Shown piece by piece: positions 13,101-28,900 of a stretch of 64,000 nucleotides of DNA (its first letter is position 1; each line of letters opens with the position of its first letter). Below the pieces are notes generated by a model. That model saw only the letters and a list, made by a program, of their open reading frames with translations, had not been told where the DNA came from and ran no database searches. This DNA is from Eledone cirrhosa (Eukaryota): positions 35,216,001-35,280,000 of the forward strand of contig OZ024747.1 of NCBI GenBank assembly GCA_964016885.1. Direction: 5' to 3'. The translations under genes were made by a program, and so were the position numbers.

Positions 13101-15008
13101 CTGCAACACAAATAAACTAATGTCTTTACTCCAGTATCACTGTTACTGCAACACAAATAAACTAATGTCTTTGCCCCAGTATCACTGTTACTGCAGCACG
13201 AATAAACTAATGTATTTACTCCAGTATCACTGTTACTGCAGCACAAATAAACTATTGTCTTTGCTCCAATATCACTGTTACTGCAACAAAAATAAACTCA
13301 TGTCTTTACTCCAGTATCACTGTTACTGCAACACAAATAAACTAATGTCTTTACTCCAGTATCACTGTTACTGCAACACAAATAAACTAATGTCTTTGCT
13401 CCAGTATCACTATTACTAAAACACAAATAAACTAATGTCATTGCTCCAGGATCACTGTTACTGCAACACAAATAAACTAATGTCTTTGCTCCAGTATCAC
13501 TGTTACTGCAACACAAATAAACTAATGTCTTTGCTCCAGTATCACTGTTACTGCAACACAAATAAACTAATGTCTTTACTCCAGTATCACTGTTACTGCA
13601 ACACAAATAAACTAATGTATTTGCTCCAGTATCACTATTACTAAAACACAAATAAACTAATGTCATTGCTCCAGTATCACTGTTACTGCAACACAAATAA
13701 ACTAATGTCTTTGCTCCAGTATCACTGTTACTGCAACACAAATAAACTAATGTCATTGCTCCAGTATCACTGTTACTGCAACACAAATAAACTAATGTCA
13801 TTGCTCCAGTATCACTGTTACTGCAACACAAATAAACTAATGTCTTTGCTCCAGTATCACTATTACTGCAACACAAATAAACTAATGTCATTGCTCCAGT
13901 ATCACTGTTACTGCAACACAAATAAACTAATGTCTTTACTCCAGTATCACTGTTACTGCAACACAAATAAACTAATGTCTTTACTCCAGTATCACTATTA
14001 CTGCAACACAAATAAACTAATGTCTTTACTCCAGTATCACTGTTACTGCCACACAAATAAACTAATGTCTTTACTCCAGTATCACTATTACTGCAACACA
14101 AATAAACTAATGTCTTTGCTCCAGTATCACTATTACTGCAACACAAATAAGCTAATGTCTTTACTCCAGTATCACTGTTACTGCAACACAAATAAACTAA
14201 TGGCTTTGCTCCAGTATCACTGTTTCTGCAACATAAATAAACTAATGTCTTTACTCCAGTATCACTGTTACTGCAACACAAATAAACTAATGTCGTTGCT
14301 CCAGTATCACTGTTACTGAAACACAAATAAACTAATGTCTTTGCTCCAGTATCACTGTTACTGCAACACAAATAAACTAATGTCTTTACTCCAGTATCAC
14401 TATTACTAAAACACAAATAAACTAATGTCATTGCTCCAGTATCACTGTTACTGCAACACAAATAAACTAATGTCTTTACTCCAGTATCACTATTACTAAA
14501 ACACAAATAAACTAATGTCTTTACTCCAGTATCACTATTACTGCAACACAAATAAACTAATGTCTTTACTCCAGTCTCACTGTTACTGCAACACAAATAA
14601 ACTAATGTCTTTACTCCAGTATCACTGTTACTGCAACACAAATAAACTAATATCTTTACTCCAGTATCACTATTACTGCAACACAAATAAACTAATGTCT
14701 TTGCTCCAGTATCACTATTACTAAAACACAAATAAACTAATGTATTTGCTCCAGTATCACTGTTACTGCAACACAAATAAACTAATGTCTTTGCTCCAGT
14801 ATCACTATTACTAAAACACAAATAAACTAATGTATTTGCTCCAGTATCACTGTTACTGCAACACAAATAAATTAATGTCTTTCCTCCAGTATCACTGTTA
14901 CTGCAGCACAAATAAACTAATGTCTTTACTCCAGTATCACTGTTACTGCAACACAAATAAACTAATGTCTTTACTCCAGTATCACTGTTACTGCAACACA
15001 AATAAACT
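5741..15008. repeat. Tandem duplication of a 4634-bp block (103 monomers minus 1 bp): 5741-10374 and 10375-15008
   Basis: Identical ORFs at offset 4634 (7000/11634, 7809/12443, 8801/13435, 9881/14515). Shared rare variants are GCGACAC (5770/10404), GCAGAAC, TGCGCCAG, AACCTA, CCAGGATC, GCCACAC and the 1-bp deletion near 7850/12484. Confidence 0.92.
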
Positions 15009-18000
15009 AATGTCTTTGCTCCAGTATCATTGTTACTGCAACAAAAATAAACTCATGTCTTTACTCCAGTATCACTGTTACTGCAACACAAATAAACTAA
15101 TGTCTTTACTCCAGTATCACTTTTTACTGCAACACAAATAAACTAATGTCTTCGCTCCAGAATCACTATTACTAAAACACAAATAAACTAATGTCATTGC
15201 TCCAGTATCACTGTTACTGCAACAAAAATAAACTAATGTCTTTGCTCCAGTATCACTGTTACTGCAACACAAATAAACTAATGTCTTTGCTCCAGTATCA
15301 CTGTTACTGCAACACAAATAAACTAATGTCTTTACTCCAGTATCACTGTTACTGCAACACAAATAAATTAATGTCTTTGCTCCAGTATCACTATTACTAA
15401 AACACAAATAAACTAATGTCATTGCTCCAGTATCACTGTTACTGCAACACAAATAAACTAATGTCGTTGCTCCAGTATCACTGTTACCTCAACACAAATA
15501 AACTAATGTCATTGCTCCAGTATCACTGTTACTGTAACACAAATAAACTAATGCCATTGCTCCAGTATCACTGTTACTGCAACACAAATAAACTAATGTC
15601 TTTGCTCCAGTATCACTATTACTGCAACACAAATAAACTAATGTCATTGCTCCAGAATCACTGTTACTGAAACACAAATAAACTAATGTCATTGCTCCAG
15701 TATCACTGTTACTGCAACACAAATAAACTAATGTCATTGCTCCAGTATCACTGTTACTGCAACACAAATAAACTAATGTGATTGCTCCAGTATCACTGTT
15801 ACTGCAACACAAATAAACTAATGTCATTGCTCCAGTATCACTGTTACTGCAACACAAATAAACTAATGTCTTTGCTCCAGTATCACTATTAGTGCAACAC
15901 AAATAAACTAACGTCTTTACTCCAGCATCACTGTTACTGCAACACAAATAAACTAATGGCTTTGCTCCAGTATCACTGTTACTGCAACACAAATAAACTA
16001 ATGTCTTTGCTCCAGTATCACTATTACTGCAACACAAATAAGCTAATGTCTTTACTCCAGTATCACTGTTACTGCAACACAAATAAACTAATGTCTTTAC
16101 TCCAGTATCACTATTACTGCAACACAAATAAACTAATGTCTTTGCTCCAGTATCATTATTACTAAAACACAAATAAACTAACGTATTTGCTCCAGTATCA
16201 CTGTTACTGCAACACAAATAAACTAATGTCTTTGCTCCAGTATCACTATTACTAAAACACAAATAAACTAATGTATTTGCTCCAGTATCACTGTTACTGC
16301 AACACAAATAAATTAATGTCTTTCCTCCAGTATCACTGTTACTGCAGCACAAATAAACTAATGTCTTTACTCCAGTATCACTGTTACTGCAACACAAATA
16401 AACTAATGTCTTTACTCCAGTATCACTGTTACTGCAACACAAATAAACTAATGTCTTTGCCCCAGTATCACTGTTACTGCAGCACGAATAAACTAATGTA
16501 TTTACTCCAGTATCACTGTTACTGCAGCACAAATAAACTATTGTCTTTGCTCCAGTATCACTGTTACTGCAACAAAAATAAACTCATGTCTTTACTCCAG
16601 TATCACTGTTACTGCAACACAAATAAACTAATGTCTTTACTCCAGTATCACTGTTACTGCAACACAAATAAACTAATGTCTTTGCTCCAGTATCACTATT
16701 ACTAAAACACAAATAAACTAATGTCATTGCTCCAGTATCACTGTTACTGCAACACAAATAAACTAATGTCTTTGCTCCAGTATCACTGTTACTGCAACAC
16801 AAATAAACTAATGTCTTTGCTCCAGTAGCACTGTAACTGCAACACAAATAAACTAATGTCTTTACTCCAGTATCACTGTTACTGCAACACAAATAAACTA
16901 ATGTATTTGCTCCAGTGTCACTATTACTAAAACACAAATAAACTAATGTCATTGCTCCAGTATCACTGTTACTGCAACACAAATAAACTAATGTCTTTGC
17001 TCCAGTATCACTGTTACTGCAACACAAATAAACTAATATCATTGCTCCAGTATCACTGTTACTGCAACACAAATAAACTAATGTCATTGGTCCAGTATCA
17101 CTGTTACTGCAACACAAATAAACTAATGTCTTTGCTCCAGTATCACTATTACTGCAACACAAATAAACTAGTGTCATTGATCCAGTATCACTGTTACTGC
17201 AACACAAATAAACTAATGTCATTGCTCCAGTATCACTGTTACTGCAACACAAATAAACTAATGTCATTGCTCCAGTATCACTGTTACTGCAACACAAATA
17301 AACTAATGTCATTGCTCCAGTATCACTGTTACTGCAACACAAATAAACTAATGTCATTGCTCCAGTATCACTGTTACTGCAACACAAATAAACTAATGGC
17401 TTTGCTCCAGTATCACAGTTACTGCATCACAAATAAACTAATGTCTTTACTCCAGTATCACTGTTACTGCAACACAAATAAACTAATGTCTTTACTCCAG
17501 TATCACTATTACTGCAACACAAATAAACTAATGTCTTTACTCCAGTATCACTGTTACTGCAACACAAATAAACTAATGTCTTTACTCCAGTATCACTGTT
17601 ACTGCAACACAAATAAACTAATGTCTTTACTCCAGTATCACTATTACTGCAACACAAATAAACTAATGTCTTTGCTCCAGTATCACTATTACTAAAACAC
17701 AAATAAACTAATGTATTTGCTCCAGTATCACTGTTACTGCAACACAAATAAACTAATGTCTTTGCTCCAGTATCACTATTACTAAAACACAAATAAACTA
17801 ATGTATTTGCTCCAGTATCACTGTTACTGCAACACAAATAAATTAATGTCTTTCCTCCAGTATCACTGTTAGTGCAGCACAAATAAACTAATGTCTTTAC
17901 TCCAGTATCACTGTTACTGCAACACAAATAAACTAATGTCTTTACTCCAGTATCACTGTTACTGCAACACAAATAAACTAATGTCTTTACTCCAGTATCA

Positions 18001-21000
18001 CTATTACTGCAACACAAATAAACTAATGTCTTTGCTCCAGTATCACTATTACTAAAACACAAATAAACTAATGTATTTACTCCAGTATCACTGTTTCTGC
18101 AACATAAATAAACTAATGTCTTTACTCCAGTATCACTGTTACTGCAACACAGATAAACTAATGTCGTTGCTCCAGTATCACTGTTACTGAAACACAAATA
18201 ACTAATGTCTTTGCTCCAGTATCACTGTTACTGCAACACAAATAAACTAATGTCTTTACTCCAGTATCACTATTACTAAAACACAAATAAACTAATGTCA
18301 TTGCTCCAGTATCACTGGTACTGCAACACAAATAAACTAATGTCTTTACTCCAGTATCACTATTACTAAAACACAAATAAACTAATGTCTTTACTCCAGT
18401 ATCACTATTACTGCAACACAAATAAACTAATGTCTTTACTCCAGTATCACTGTTACTGCAACACAAATAAACTAATGTCTTTACTCCAGTATCACTGTTA
18501 CTGCAACACAAATAAACTAATGTCTTTACTCCAGTATCACTATTACTGCAACACAAATAAACTAATGTCTTTGCTCCAGTATCACTATTACTAAAACACA
18601 AATAAACTAATGTATTTGCTCCAGTATCACTGTTACTGCAACACAAATAAACTAATGTCTTTGCTCCAGTATCACTATTACTAAAACACAAATAAACTAA
18701 TGTATTTGCTCCAGTATCACTGTTACTGCAACACAAATAAATTAATGTCTTTCCTCCAGTATCACTGTTAGTGCAGCACAAATAAACTAATGTCTTTACT
18801 CCAGTATCACTGTTACTGCAACACAAATAAACTAATGTCTTTACTCCAGTATCACTGTTACTGCAACACAAATAAACTAATGTCTTTGCCCCAGTATCAC
18901 TGTTACTGCAGCACGAATAAACTAATGTATTTACTCCAGTATCACTGTTACTGCAGCACAAATAAACTATTGTCTTTGCTCCAATATCACTGTTACTGCA
19001 ACAAAAATAAACTCATGTCTTTACTCCAGTATCACTGTTACTGCAACACAAATAAACTAATGTCTTTACTCCAGTATCACTGTTACTGCAACACAAATAA
19101 ACTAATGTCTTTGCTCCAGTATCACTATTACTAAAACACAAATAAACTAATGTCATTGCTCCAGGATCACTGTTACTGCAACACAAATAAACTAATGTCT
19201 TTGCTCCAGTATCACTGTTACTGCAACACAAATAAACTAATGTCTTTGCTCCAGTATCACTGTTACTGCAACACAAATAAACTAATGTCTTTACTCCAGT
19301 ATCACTGTTACTGCAACACAAATAAACTAATGTATTTGCTCCAGTATCACTATTACTAAAACACAAATAAACTAATGTCATTGCTCCAGTATCACTGTTA
19401 CTGCAACACAAATAAACTAATGTCTTTGCTCCAGTATCACTGTTACTGCAACACAAATAAACTAATGTCATTGCTCCAGTATCACTGTTACTGCAACACA
19501 AATAAACTAATGTCATTGCTCCAGTATCACTGTTACTGCAACACAAATAAACTAATGTCTTTGCTCCAGTATCACTATTACTGCAACACAAATAAACTAA
19601 TGTCATTGCTCCAGTATCACTGTTACTGCAACACAAATAAACTAATGTCTTTACTCCAGTATCACTGTTACTGCAACACAAATAAACTAATGTCTTTACT
19701 CCAGTATCACTATTACTGCAACACAAATAAACTAATGTCTTTACTCCAGTATCACTGTTACTGCCACACAAATAAACTAATGTCTTTACTCCAGTATCAC
19801 TATTACTGCAACACAAATAAACTAATGTCTTTGCTCCAGTATCACTATTACTGCAACACAAATAAGCTAATGTCTTTACTCCAGTATCACTGTTACTGCA
19901 ACACAAATAAACTAATGGCTTTGCTCCAGTATCACTGTTTCTGCAACATAAATAAACTAATGTCTTTACTCCAGTATCACTGTTACTGCAACACAAATAA
20001 ACTAATGTCGTTGCTCCAGTATCACTGTTACTGAAACACAAATAAACTAATGTCTTTGCTCCAGTATCACTGTTACTGCAACACAAATAAACTAATGTCT
20101 TTACTCCAGTATCACTATTACTAAAACACAAATAAACTAATGTCATTGCTCCAGTATCACTGTTACTGCAACACAAATAAACTAATGTCTTTACTCCAGT
20201 ATCACTATTACTAAAACACAAATAAACTAATGTCTTTACTCCAGTATCACTATTACTGCAACACAAATAAACTAATGTCTTTACTCCAGTCTCACTGTTA
20301 CTGCAACACAAATAAACTAATGTCTTTACTCCAGTATCACTGTTACTGCAACACAAATAAACTAATATCTTTACTCCAGTATCACTATTACTGCAACACA
20401 AATAAACTAATGTCTTTGCTCCAGTATCACTATTACTAAAACACAAATAAACTAATGTATTTGCTCCAGTATCACTGTTACTGCAACACAAATAAACTAA
20501 TGTCTTTGCTCCAGTATCACTATTACTAAAACACAAATAAACTAATGTATTTGCTCCAGTATCACTGTTACTGCAACACAAATAAACTAATGTCTTTGCT
20601 CCAGTATCACTATTACTAAAACACAAATAAACTAATGTATTTGCTCCAGTATCACTGTTACTGCAACACAAATAAATTAATGTCTTTCCTCCAGTATCAC
20701 TGTTAGTGCAGCACAAATAAACTAATGTCTTTACTCCAGTATCACTGTTACTGCAACACAAATAAACTAATGTCTTTACTCCAGTATCACTGTTACTGCA
20801 ACACAAATAAACTAATGTCTTTACTCCAGTATCACTATTACTGCAACACAAATAAACTAATGTCTTTGCTCCAGTATCACTATTACTAAAACACAAATAA
20901 ACTAATGTATTTACTCCAGTATCACTGTTTCTGCAACATAAATAAACTAATGTCTTTACTCCAGTATCACTGTTACTGCAACACAGATAAACTAATGTCG

Positions 21001-24000
21001 TTGCTCCAGTATCACTGTTACTGAAACACAAATAACTAATGTCTTTGCTCCAGTATCACTGTTACTGCAACACAAATAAACTAATGTCTTTACTCCAGTA
21101 TCACTATTACTAAAACACAAATAAACTAATGTCATTGCTCCAGTATCACTGGTACTGCAACACAAATAAACTAATGTCTTTACTCCAGTATCACTATTAC
21201 TAAAACACAAATAAACTAATGTCTTTACTCCAGTATCACTATTACTGCAACACAAATAAACTAATGTCTTTACTCCAGTATCACTGTTACTGCAACACAA
21301 ATAAACTAATGTCTTTACTCCAGTATCACTGTTACTGCAACACAAATAAACTAATGTCTTTACTCCAGTATCACTATTACTGCAACACAAATAAACTAAT
21401 GTCTTTGCTCCAGTATCACTATTACTAAAACACAAATAAACTAATGTATTTGCTCCAGTATCACTGTTACTGCAACACAAATAAACTAATGTCTTTGCTC
21501 CAGTATCACTATTACTAAAACACAAATAAACTAATGTATTTGCTCCAGTATCACTGTTACTGCAACACAAATAAATTAATGTCTTTCCTCCAGTATCACT
21601 GTTAGTGCAGCACAAATAAACTAATGTCTTTACTCCAGTATCACTGTTACTGCAACACAAATAAACTAATGTCTTTACTCCAGTATCACTGTTACTGCAA
21701 CACAAATAAACTAATGTCTTTGCCCCAGTATCACTGTTACTGCAGCACGAATAAACTAATGTATTTACTCCAGTATCACTGTTACTGCAGCACAAATAAA
21801 CTATTGTCTTTGCTCCAATATCACTGTTACTGCAACAAAAATAAACTCATGTCTTTACTCCAGTATCACTGTTACTGCAACACAAATAAACTAATGTCTT
21901 TACTCCAGTATCACTGTTACTGCAACACAAATAAACTAATGTCTTTGCTCCAGTATCACTATTACTAAAACACAAATAAACTAATGTCATTGCTCCAGGA
22001 TCACTGTTACTGCAACACAAATAAACTAATGTCTTTGCTCCAGTATCACTGTTACTGCAACACAAATAAACTAATGTCTTTGCTCCAGTATCACTGTTAC
22101 TGCAACACAAATAAACTAATGTCTTTACTCCAGTATCACTGTTACTGCAACACAAATAAACTAATGTATTTGCTCCAGTATCACTATTACTAAAACACAA
22201 ATAAACTAATGTCATTGCTCCAGTATCACTGTTACTGCAACACAAATAAACTAATGTCTTTGCTCCAGTATCACTGTTACTGCAACACAAATAAACTAAT
22301 GTCATTGCTCCAGTATCACTGTTACTGCAACACAAATAAACTAATGTCATTGCTCCAGTATCACTGTTACTGCAACACAAATAAACTAATGTCTTTGCTC
22401 CAGTATCACTATTACTGCAACACAAATAAACTAATGTCATTGCTCCAGTATCACTGTTACTGCAACACAAATAAACTAATGTCTTTACTCCAGTATCACT
22501 GTTACTGCAACACAAATAAACTAATGTCTTTACTCCAGTATCACTATTACTGCAACACAAATAAACTAATGTCTTTACTCCAGTATCACTGTTACTGCCA
22601 CACAAATAAACTAATGTCTTTACTCCAGTATCACTATTACTGCAACACAAATAAACTAATGTCTTTGCTCCAGTATCACTATTACTGCAACACAAATAAG
22701 CTAATGTCTTTACTCCAGTATCACTGTTACTGCAACACAAATAAACTAATGGCTTTGCTCCAGTATCACTGTTTCTGCAACATAAATAAACTAATGTCTT
22801 TACTCCAGTATCACTGTTACTGCAACACAAATAAACTAATGTCGTTGCTCCAGTATCACTGTTACTGAAACACAAATAAACTAATGTCTTTGCTCCAGTA
22901 TCACTGTTACTGCAACACAAATAAACTAATGTCTTTACTCCAGTATCACTATTACTAAAACACAAATAAACTAATGTCATTGCTCCAGTATCACTGTTAC
23001 TGCAACACAAATAAACTAATGTCTTTACTCCAGTATCACTATTACTAAAACACAAATAAACTAATGTCTTTACTCCAGTATCACTATTACTGCAACACAA
23101 ATAAACTAATGTCTTTACTCCAGTCTCACTGTTACTGCAACACAAATAAACTAATGTCTTTACTCCAGTATCACTGTTACTGCAACACAAATAAACTAAT
23201 ATCTTTACTCCAGTATCACTATTACTGCAACACAAATAAACTAATGTCTTTGCTCCAGTATCACTATTACTAAAACACAAATAAACTAATGTATTTGCTC
23301 CAGTATCACTGTTACTGCAACACAAATAAACTAATGTCTTTGCTCCAGTATCACTATTACTAAAACACAAATAAACTAATGTATTTGCTCCAGTATCACT
23401 GTTACTGCAACACAAATAAATTAATGTCTTTCCTCCAGTATCACTGTTACTGCAGCACAAATAAACTAATGTCTTTACTCCAGTATCACTGTTACTGCAA
23501 CACAAATAAACTAATGTCTTTACTCCAGTATCACTGTTACTGCAACACAAATAAACTAATGTCTTTGCTCCAGTATCATTGTTACTGCAACAAAAATAAA
23601 CTCATGTCTTTACTCCAGTATCACTGTTACTGCAACACAAATAAACTAATGTCTTTCCTCCAGTATCACTTTTTACTGCAACACAAATAAACTAATGTCT
23701 TCGCTCCAGAATCACTATTACTAAAACACAAATAAACTAATGTCATTGCTCCAGTATCACTGTTACTGCAACAAAAATAAACTAATGTCTTTGCTCCAGT
23801 ATCACTGTTACTGCAACACAAATAAACTAATGTCTTTGCTCCAGTATCACTGTTACTGCAACACAAATAAACTAATGTCTTTACTCCAGTATCACTGTTA
23901 CTGCAACACAAATAAACTAATGTCTTTGCTCCAGTATCACTATTACTAAAACACAAATAAACTAATGTCATTGCTCCAGTATCACTGTTACTGCAACACA

Positions 24001-25990
24001 AATAAACTAATGTCGTTGCTCCAGTATCACTGTTACTGCAACACAAATAAACTAATGTCATTGCTCCAGTATCACTGTTACTGTAACACAAATAAACTAA
24101 TGCCATTGCTCCAGTATCACTGTTACTGCAACACAAATAAACTAATGTCTTTGCTCCAGTATCACTATTACTGCAACACAAATAAACTAATGTCATTGCT
24201 CCAGAATCACTGTTACTGAAACACAAATAAACTAATGTCATTGCTCCAGTATCACTGTTACTGCAACACAAATAAACTAATGTCATTGCTCCAGTATCAC
24301 TGTTACTGCAACACAAATAAACTAATGTGATTGCTCCAGTATCACTGTTACTGCAACACAAATAAACTAATGTCATTGCTCCAGTATCACTGTTACTGCA
24401 ACACAAATAAACTAATGTCTTTGCTCCAGTATCACTATTAGTGCAACACAAATAAACTAACGTCTTTACTCCAGCATCACTGTTACTGCAACACAAATAA
24501 ACTAATGGCTTTGCTCCAGTATCACTGTTACTGCAACACAAATAAACTAATGTCTTTGCTCCAGTATCACTATTACTGCAACACAAATAAGCTAATGTCT
24601 TTACTCCAGTATCACTGTTACTGCAACACAAATAAACTAATGTCTTTACTCCAGTATCACTATTACTGCAACACAAATAAACTAATGTCTTTGCTCCAGT
24701 ATCATTATTACTAAAACACAAATAAACTAACGTATTTGCTCCAGTATCACTGTTACTGCAACACAAATAAACTAATGTCTTTGCTCCAGTATCACTATTA
24801 CTAAAACACAAATAAACTAATGTATTTGCTCCAGTATCACTGTTACTGCAACACAAATAAATTAATGTCTTTCCTCCAGTATCACTGTTACTGCAGCACA
24901 AATAAACTAATGTCTTTACTCCAGTATCACTGTTACTGCAACACAAATAAACTAATGTCTTTACTCCAGTATCACTGTTACTGCAACACAAATAAACTAA
25001 TGTCTTTGCCCCAGTATCACTGTTACTGCAGCACGAATAAACTAATGTATTTACTCCAGTATCACTGTTACTGCAGCACAAATAAACTATTGTCTTTGCT
25101 CCAGTATCACTGTTACTGCAACAAAAATAAACTCATGTCTTTACTCCAGTATCACTGTTACTGCAACACAAATAAACTAATGTCTTTACTCCAGTATCAC
25201 TGTTACTGCAACACAAATAAACTAATGTCTTTGCTCCAGTATCACTATTACTAAAACACAAATAAACTAATGTCATTGCTCCAGTATCACTGTTACTGCA
25301 ACACAAATAAACTAATGTCTTTGCTCCAGTATCACTGTTACTGCAACACAAATAAACTAATGTCTTTGCTCCAGTATCACTGTTACTGCAACACAAATAA
25401 ACTAATGTCTTTACTCCAGTATCACTGTTACTGCAACACAAATAAACTAATGTATTTGCTCCAGTGTCACTATTACTAAAACACAAATAAACTAATGTCA
25501 TTGCTCCAGTATCACTGTTACTGCAACACAAATAAACTAATGTCTTTGCTCCAGTATCACTGTTACTGCAACACAAATAAACTAATGTCATTGCTCCAGT
25601 ATCACTGTTACTGCAACACAAATAAACTAATGTCATTGGTCCAGTATCACTGTTACTGCAACACAAATAAACTAATGTCTTTGCTCCAGTATCACTATTA
25701 CTGCAACACAAATAAACTAGTGTCATTGATCCAGTATCACTGTTACTGCAACACAAATAAACTAATGTCATTGCTCCAGTATCACTGTTACTGCAACACA
25801 AATAAACTAATGTCATTGCTCCAGTATCACTGTTACTGCAACACATATAAACTAATGTCATTGCTCCAGTATCACTGTTACTGCAACACAAATAAACTAA
25901 TGTCATTGCTCCAGTATCACTGTTACTGCAACACAAATAAACTAATGGCTTTGCTCCAGTATCACAGTTACTGCATCACAAATAAACTAA
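12400..25990. repeat. Non-adjacent duplication at offset 8549 bp (190 monomers minus 1 bp): about 12.4-17.4 kb and 20.95-25.99 kb
   Basis: ORF pairs 12443/20992, 13298/21847, 15191/23740, 16271/24820, 16584/25133 and 16946/25495 are all offset by 8549. The copies differ by a few private substitutions, for example at 15488, 16828 and 16835. Confidence 0.88.
17711..23378. repeat. Tandem duplication of a 2834-bp block (63 monomers minus 1 bp): 17711-20544 and 20545-23378
   Basis: ORF pairs 18158/20992, 18385/21219, 19013/21847, 19375/22209 and 20230/23064 are offset by 2834. Both copies carry the 1-bp deletion near 18200/21034. Confidence 0.9.
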
Positions 25991-28900
25991 TGTCTTTGCT
26001 CCAGTATCGCTATTACTGCAACACAAATAAGCTAATGTCTTTACTCCAGTATCACTGTTACTGCAACACAAATAAACTAATGGCTTTGCTCCAGTATCAC
26101 TGTTTCTGCAACATAAATAAACTAATGTCGTTGCTCCAGTATCACTGTTACTGAAACACAAATAAACTAATGTCTTTGCTCCAGTATCACTGTTACTGCA
26201 ACACAAATAAACTAATGTCTTTACTCCAGTATCACTATTACTAAAACACAAATAAACTAATGTCATTGCTCCAGTATCACTGTTACTGCAACACAAATAA
26301 ACTAATGTCTTTACTCCAGTATCACTATTACTAAAACACAAATAAACTAATGTCTTTACTCCAGTATCACTATTACTGCAACACAAATAAACTAATGTCT
26401 TTACTCCAGTATCACTGTTACTGCAACACAAATAAACTAATGTCTTTACTCCAGTATCACTGTTACTGCAACACAAATAAACTAATATCTTTACTCCAGT
26501 ATCACTATTACTGCAACACAAATAAACTAATGTCTTTGCTCCAGTATCACTATTACTAAAACACAAATAAACTAATGTATTTGCTCCAGTATCACTGTTA
26601 CTGCAACACAAATAAACTAATGTCTTTGCTCCAGTATCACTATTACTAAAACACAAATAAACTAATGTATTTGCTCCAGTATCACTGTTACTGCAACACA
26701 AATAAATTAATGTCTTTCCTCCAGTATCACTGTTACTGCAGCACAAATAAACTAATGTCTTTACTCCAGTATCACTGTTACTGCAACACAAATAAACTAA
26801 TGTCTTTACTCCAGTATCACTGTTACTGCAACACAAATAAACTAATGTCTTTGCTCCAGTATCATTGTTACTGCAACAAAAATAAACTCATGTCTTTACT
26901 CCAGTATCACTGTTACTGCAACACAAATAAACTAATGTCTTTACTCCAGTATCACTTTTTACTGCAACACAAATAAACTAATGTCTTCGCTCCAGAATCA
27001 CTATTACTAAAACACAAATAAACTAATGTCATTGCTCCAGTATCACTGTTACTGCAACACAAATAAACTAATGTCTTTGCTCCAGTATCACTGTTACTGC
27101 AACACAAATAAACTAATGTCTTTACTCCAGTATCACTGTTACTGCAACACAAATAAACTAATGTCTTTGCTCCAGTATCACTATTACTAAAACACAAATA
27201 AACTAATGTCATTGCTCCAGTATCACTGTTACTGCAACACAAATAAACTAATGTCGTTGCTCCAGTATCACTGTTACTGCAACACAAATAAACTAATGTC
27301 ATTGCTCCAGTATCACTGTTACTGTAACACAAATAAACTAATGCCATTGCTCCAGTATCACTGTTACTGCAACACAAATAAACTAATGTCTTTGCTCCAG
27401 TATCACTATTACTGCAACACAAATAAACTAATGTCATTGCTCCAGAATCACTGTTACTGAAACACAAATAAACTAATGTCATTGCTCCAGTATCACTGTT
27501 ACTGCAACACAAATAAACTAATGTGATTGCTCCAGTATCACTGTTACTGCAACACAAATAAACTAATGTGATTGCTCCAGTATCACTGTTACTGCAACAC
27601 AAATAAACTAATGTCATTGCTCCAGTATCACTGTTACTGCAACACAAATAAACTAATGTCTTTGCTCCAGTATCACTATTAGTGCAACACAAATAAACTA
27701 ACGTCTTTACTCCAGTATCACTGTTACTGCAACACAAATAAACTAATGGCTTTGCTCCAGTATCACTGTTACTGCAACACAAATAAACTAATGTCTTTGC
27801 TCCAGTATCACTGTTACTGCAACACAAATAAGCTAATGTCTTTACTCCAGTATCACTGTTACTGCAACACAAATAAACTAATGTCTTTACTCCAGTATCA
27901 CTATTACTGCAACACAAATAAACTAATGTCTTTGCTCCAGTATCATTATTACTAAAACACAAATAAACTAACGTATTTGCTCCAGTATCACTGTTACTGC
28001 AACACAAATAAACTAATGTCTTTGCTCCAGTATCACTATTACTATAACACAAATAAACTAATGTATTTGCTCCAGTATCACTGTTACTGCAACACAAATA
28101 AATTAATGTCTTTCCTCCAGTATCACTGTTACTGCAGCACAAATAAACTAATGTCTTTACTCCAGTATCACTGTTACTGCAACACAAATAACTAATGTCT
28201 TTACTCCAGTATCACTGTTACTGCAACACAAATAAACTAATGTCTTTGCCCCAGTATCACTGTTACTGCAGCACGAATAAACTAATGTATTTACTCCAGT
28301 ATCACTGTTACTGCAGCACAAATAAACTATTGTCTTTGCTCCAGTATCACTGTTACTGCAACAAAAATAAACTCATGTCTTTACTCCAGTATCACTGTTA
28401 CTGCAACACAAATAAACTAATGTCTTTACTCCAGTATCACTGTTACTGCAACACAAATAAACTAATGTCTTTGCTCCAGTATCACTATTACTAAAACACA
28501 AATAAACTAATGTCATTGCTCCAGTATCACTGTTACTGCAACACAAATAAACTAATGTCTTTGCTCCAGTATCACTGTTACTGCAACACAAATAAACTAA
28601 TGTCTTTGCTCCAGTATCACTGTTACTGCAACACAAATAAACTAATGTCTTTACTCCAGTATCACTGTTACTGCAACACAAATAAACTAATGTATTTGCT
28701 CCAGTGTCACTATTACTAAAACACAAATAAACTAATGTCATTGCTCCAGTATCACTGTTACTGCAACACAAATAAACTAATGTCTTTGCTCCAGTATCAC
28801 TGTTACTGCAACACAAATAAACTAATGTCATTGCTCCAGTATCACTGTTACTGCAACACAAATAAACTAATGTCATTGGTCCAGTATCACTGTTACTGCA

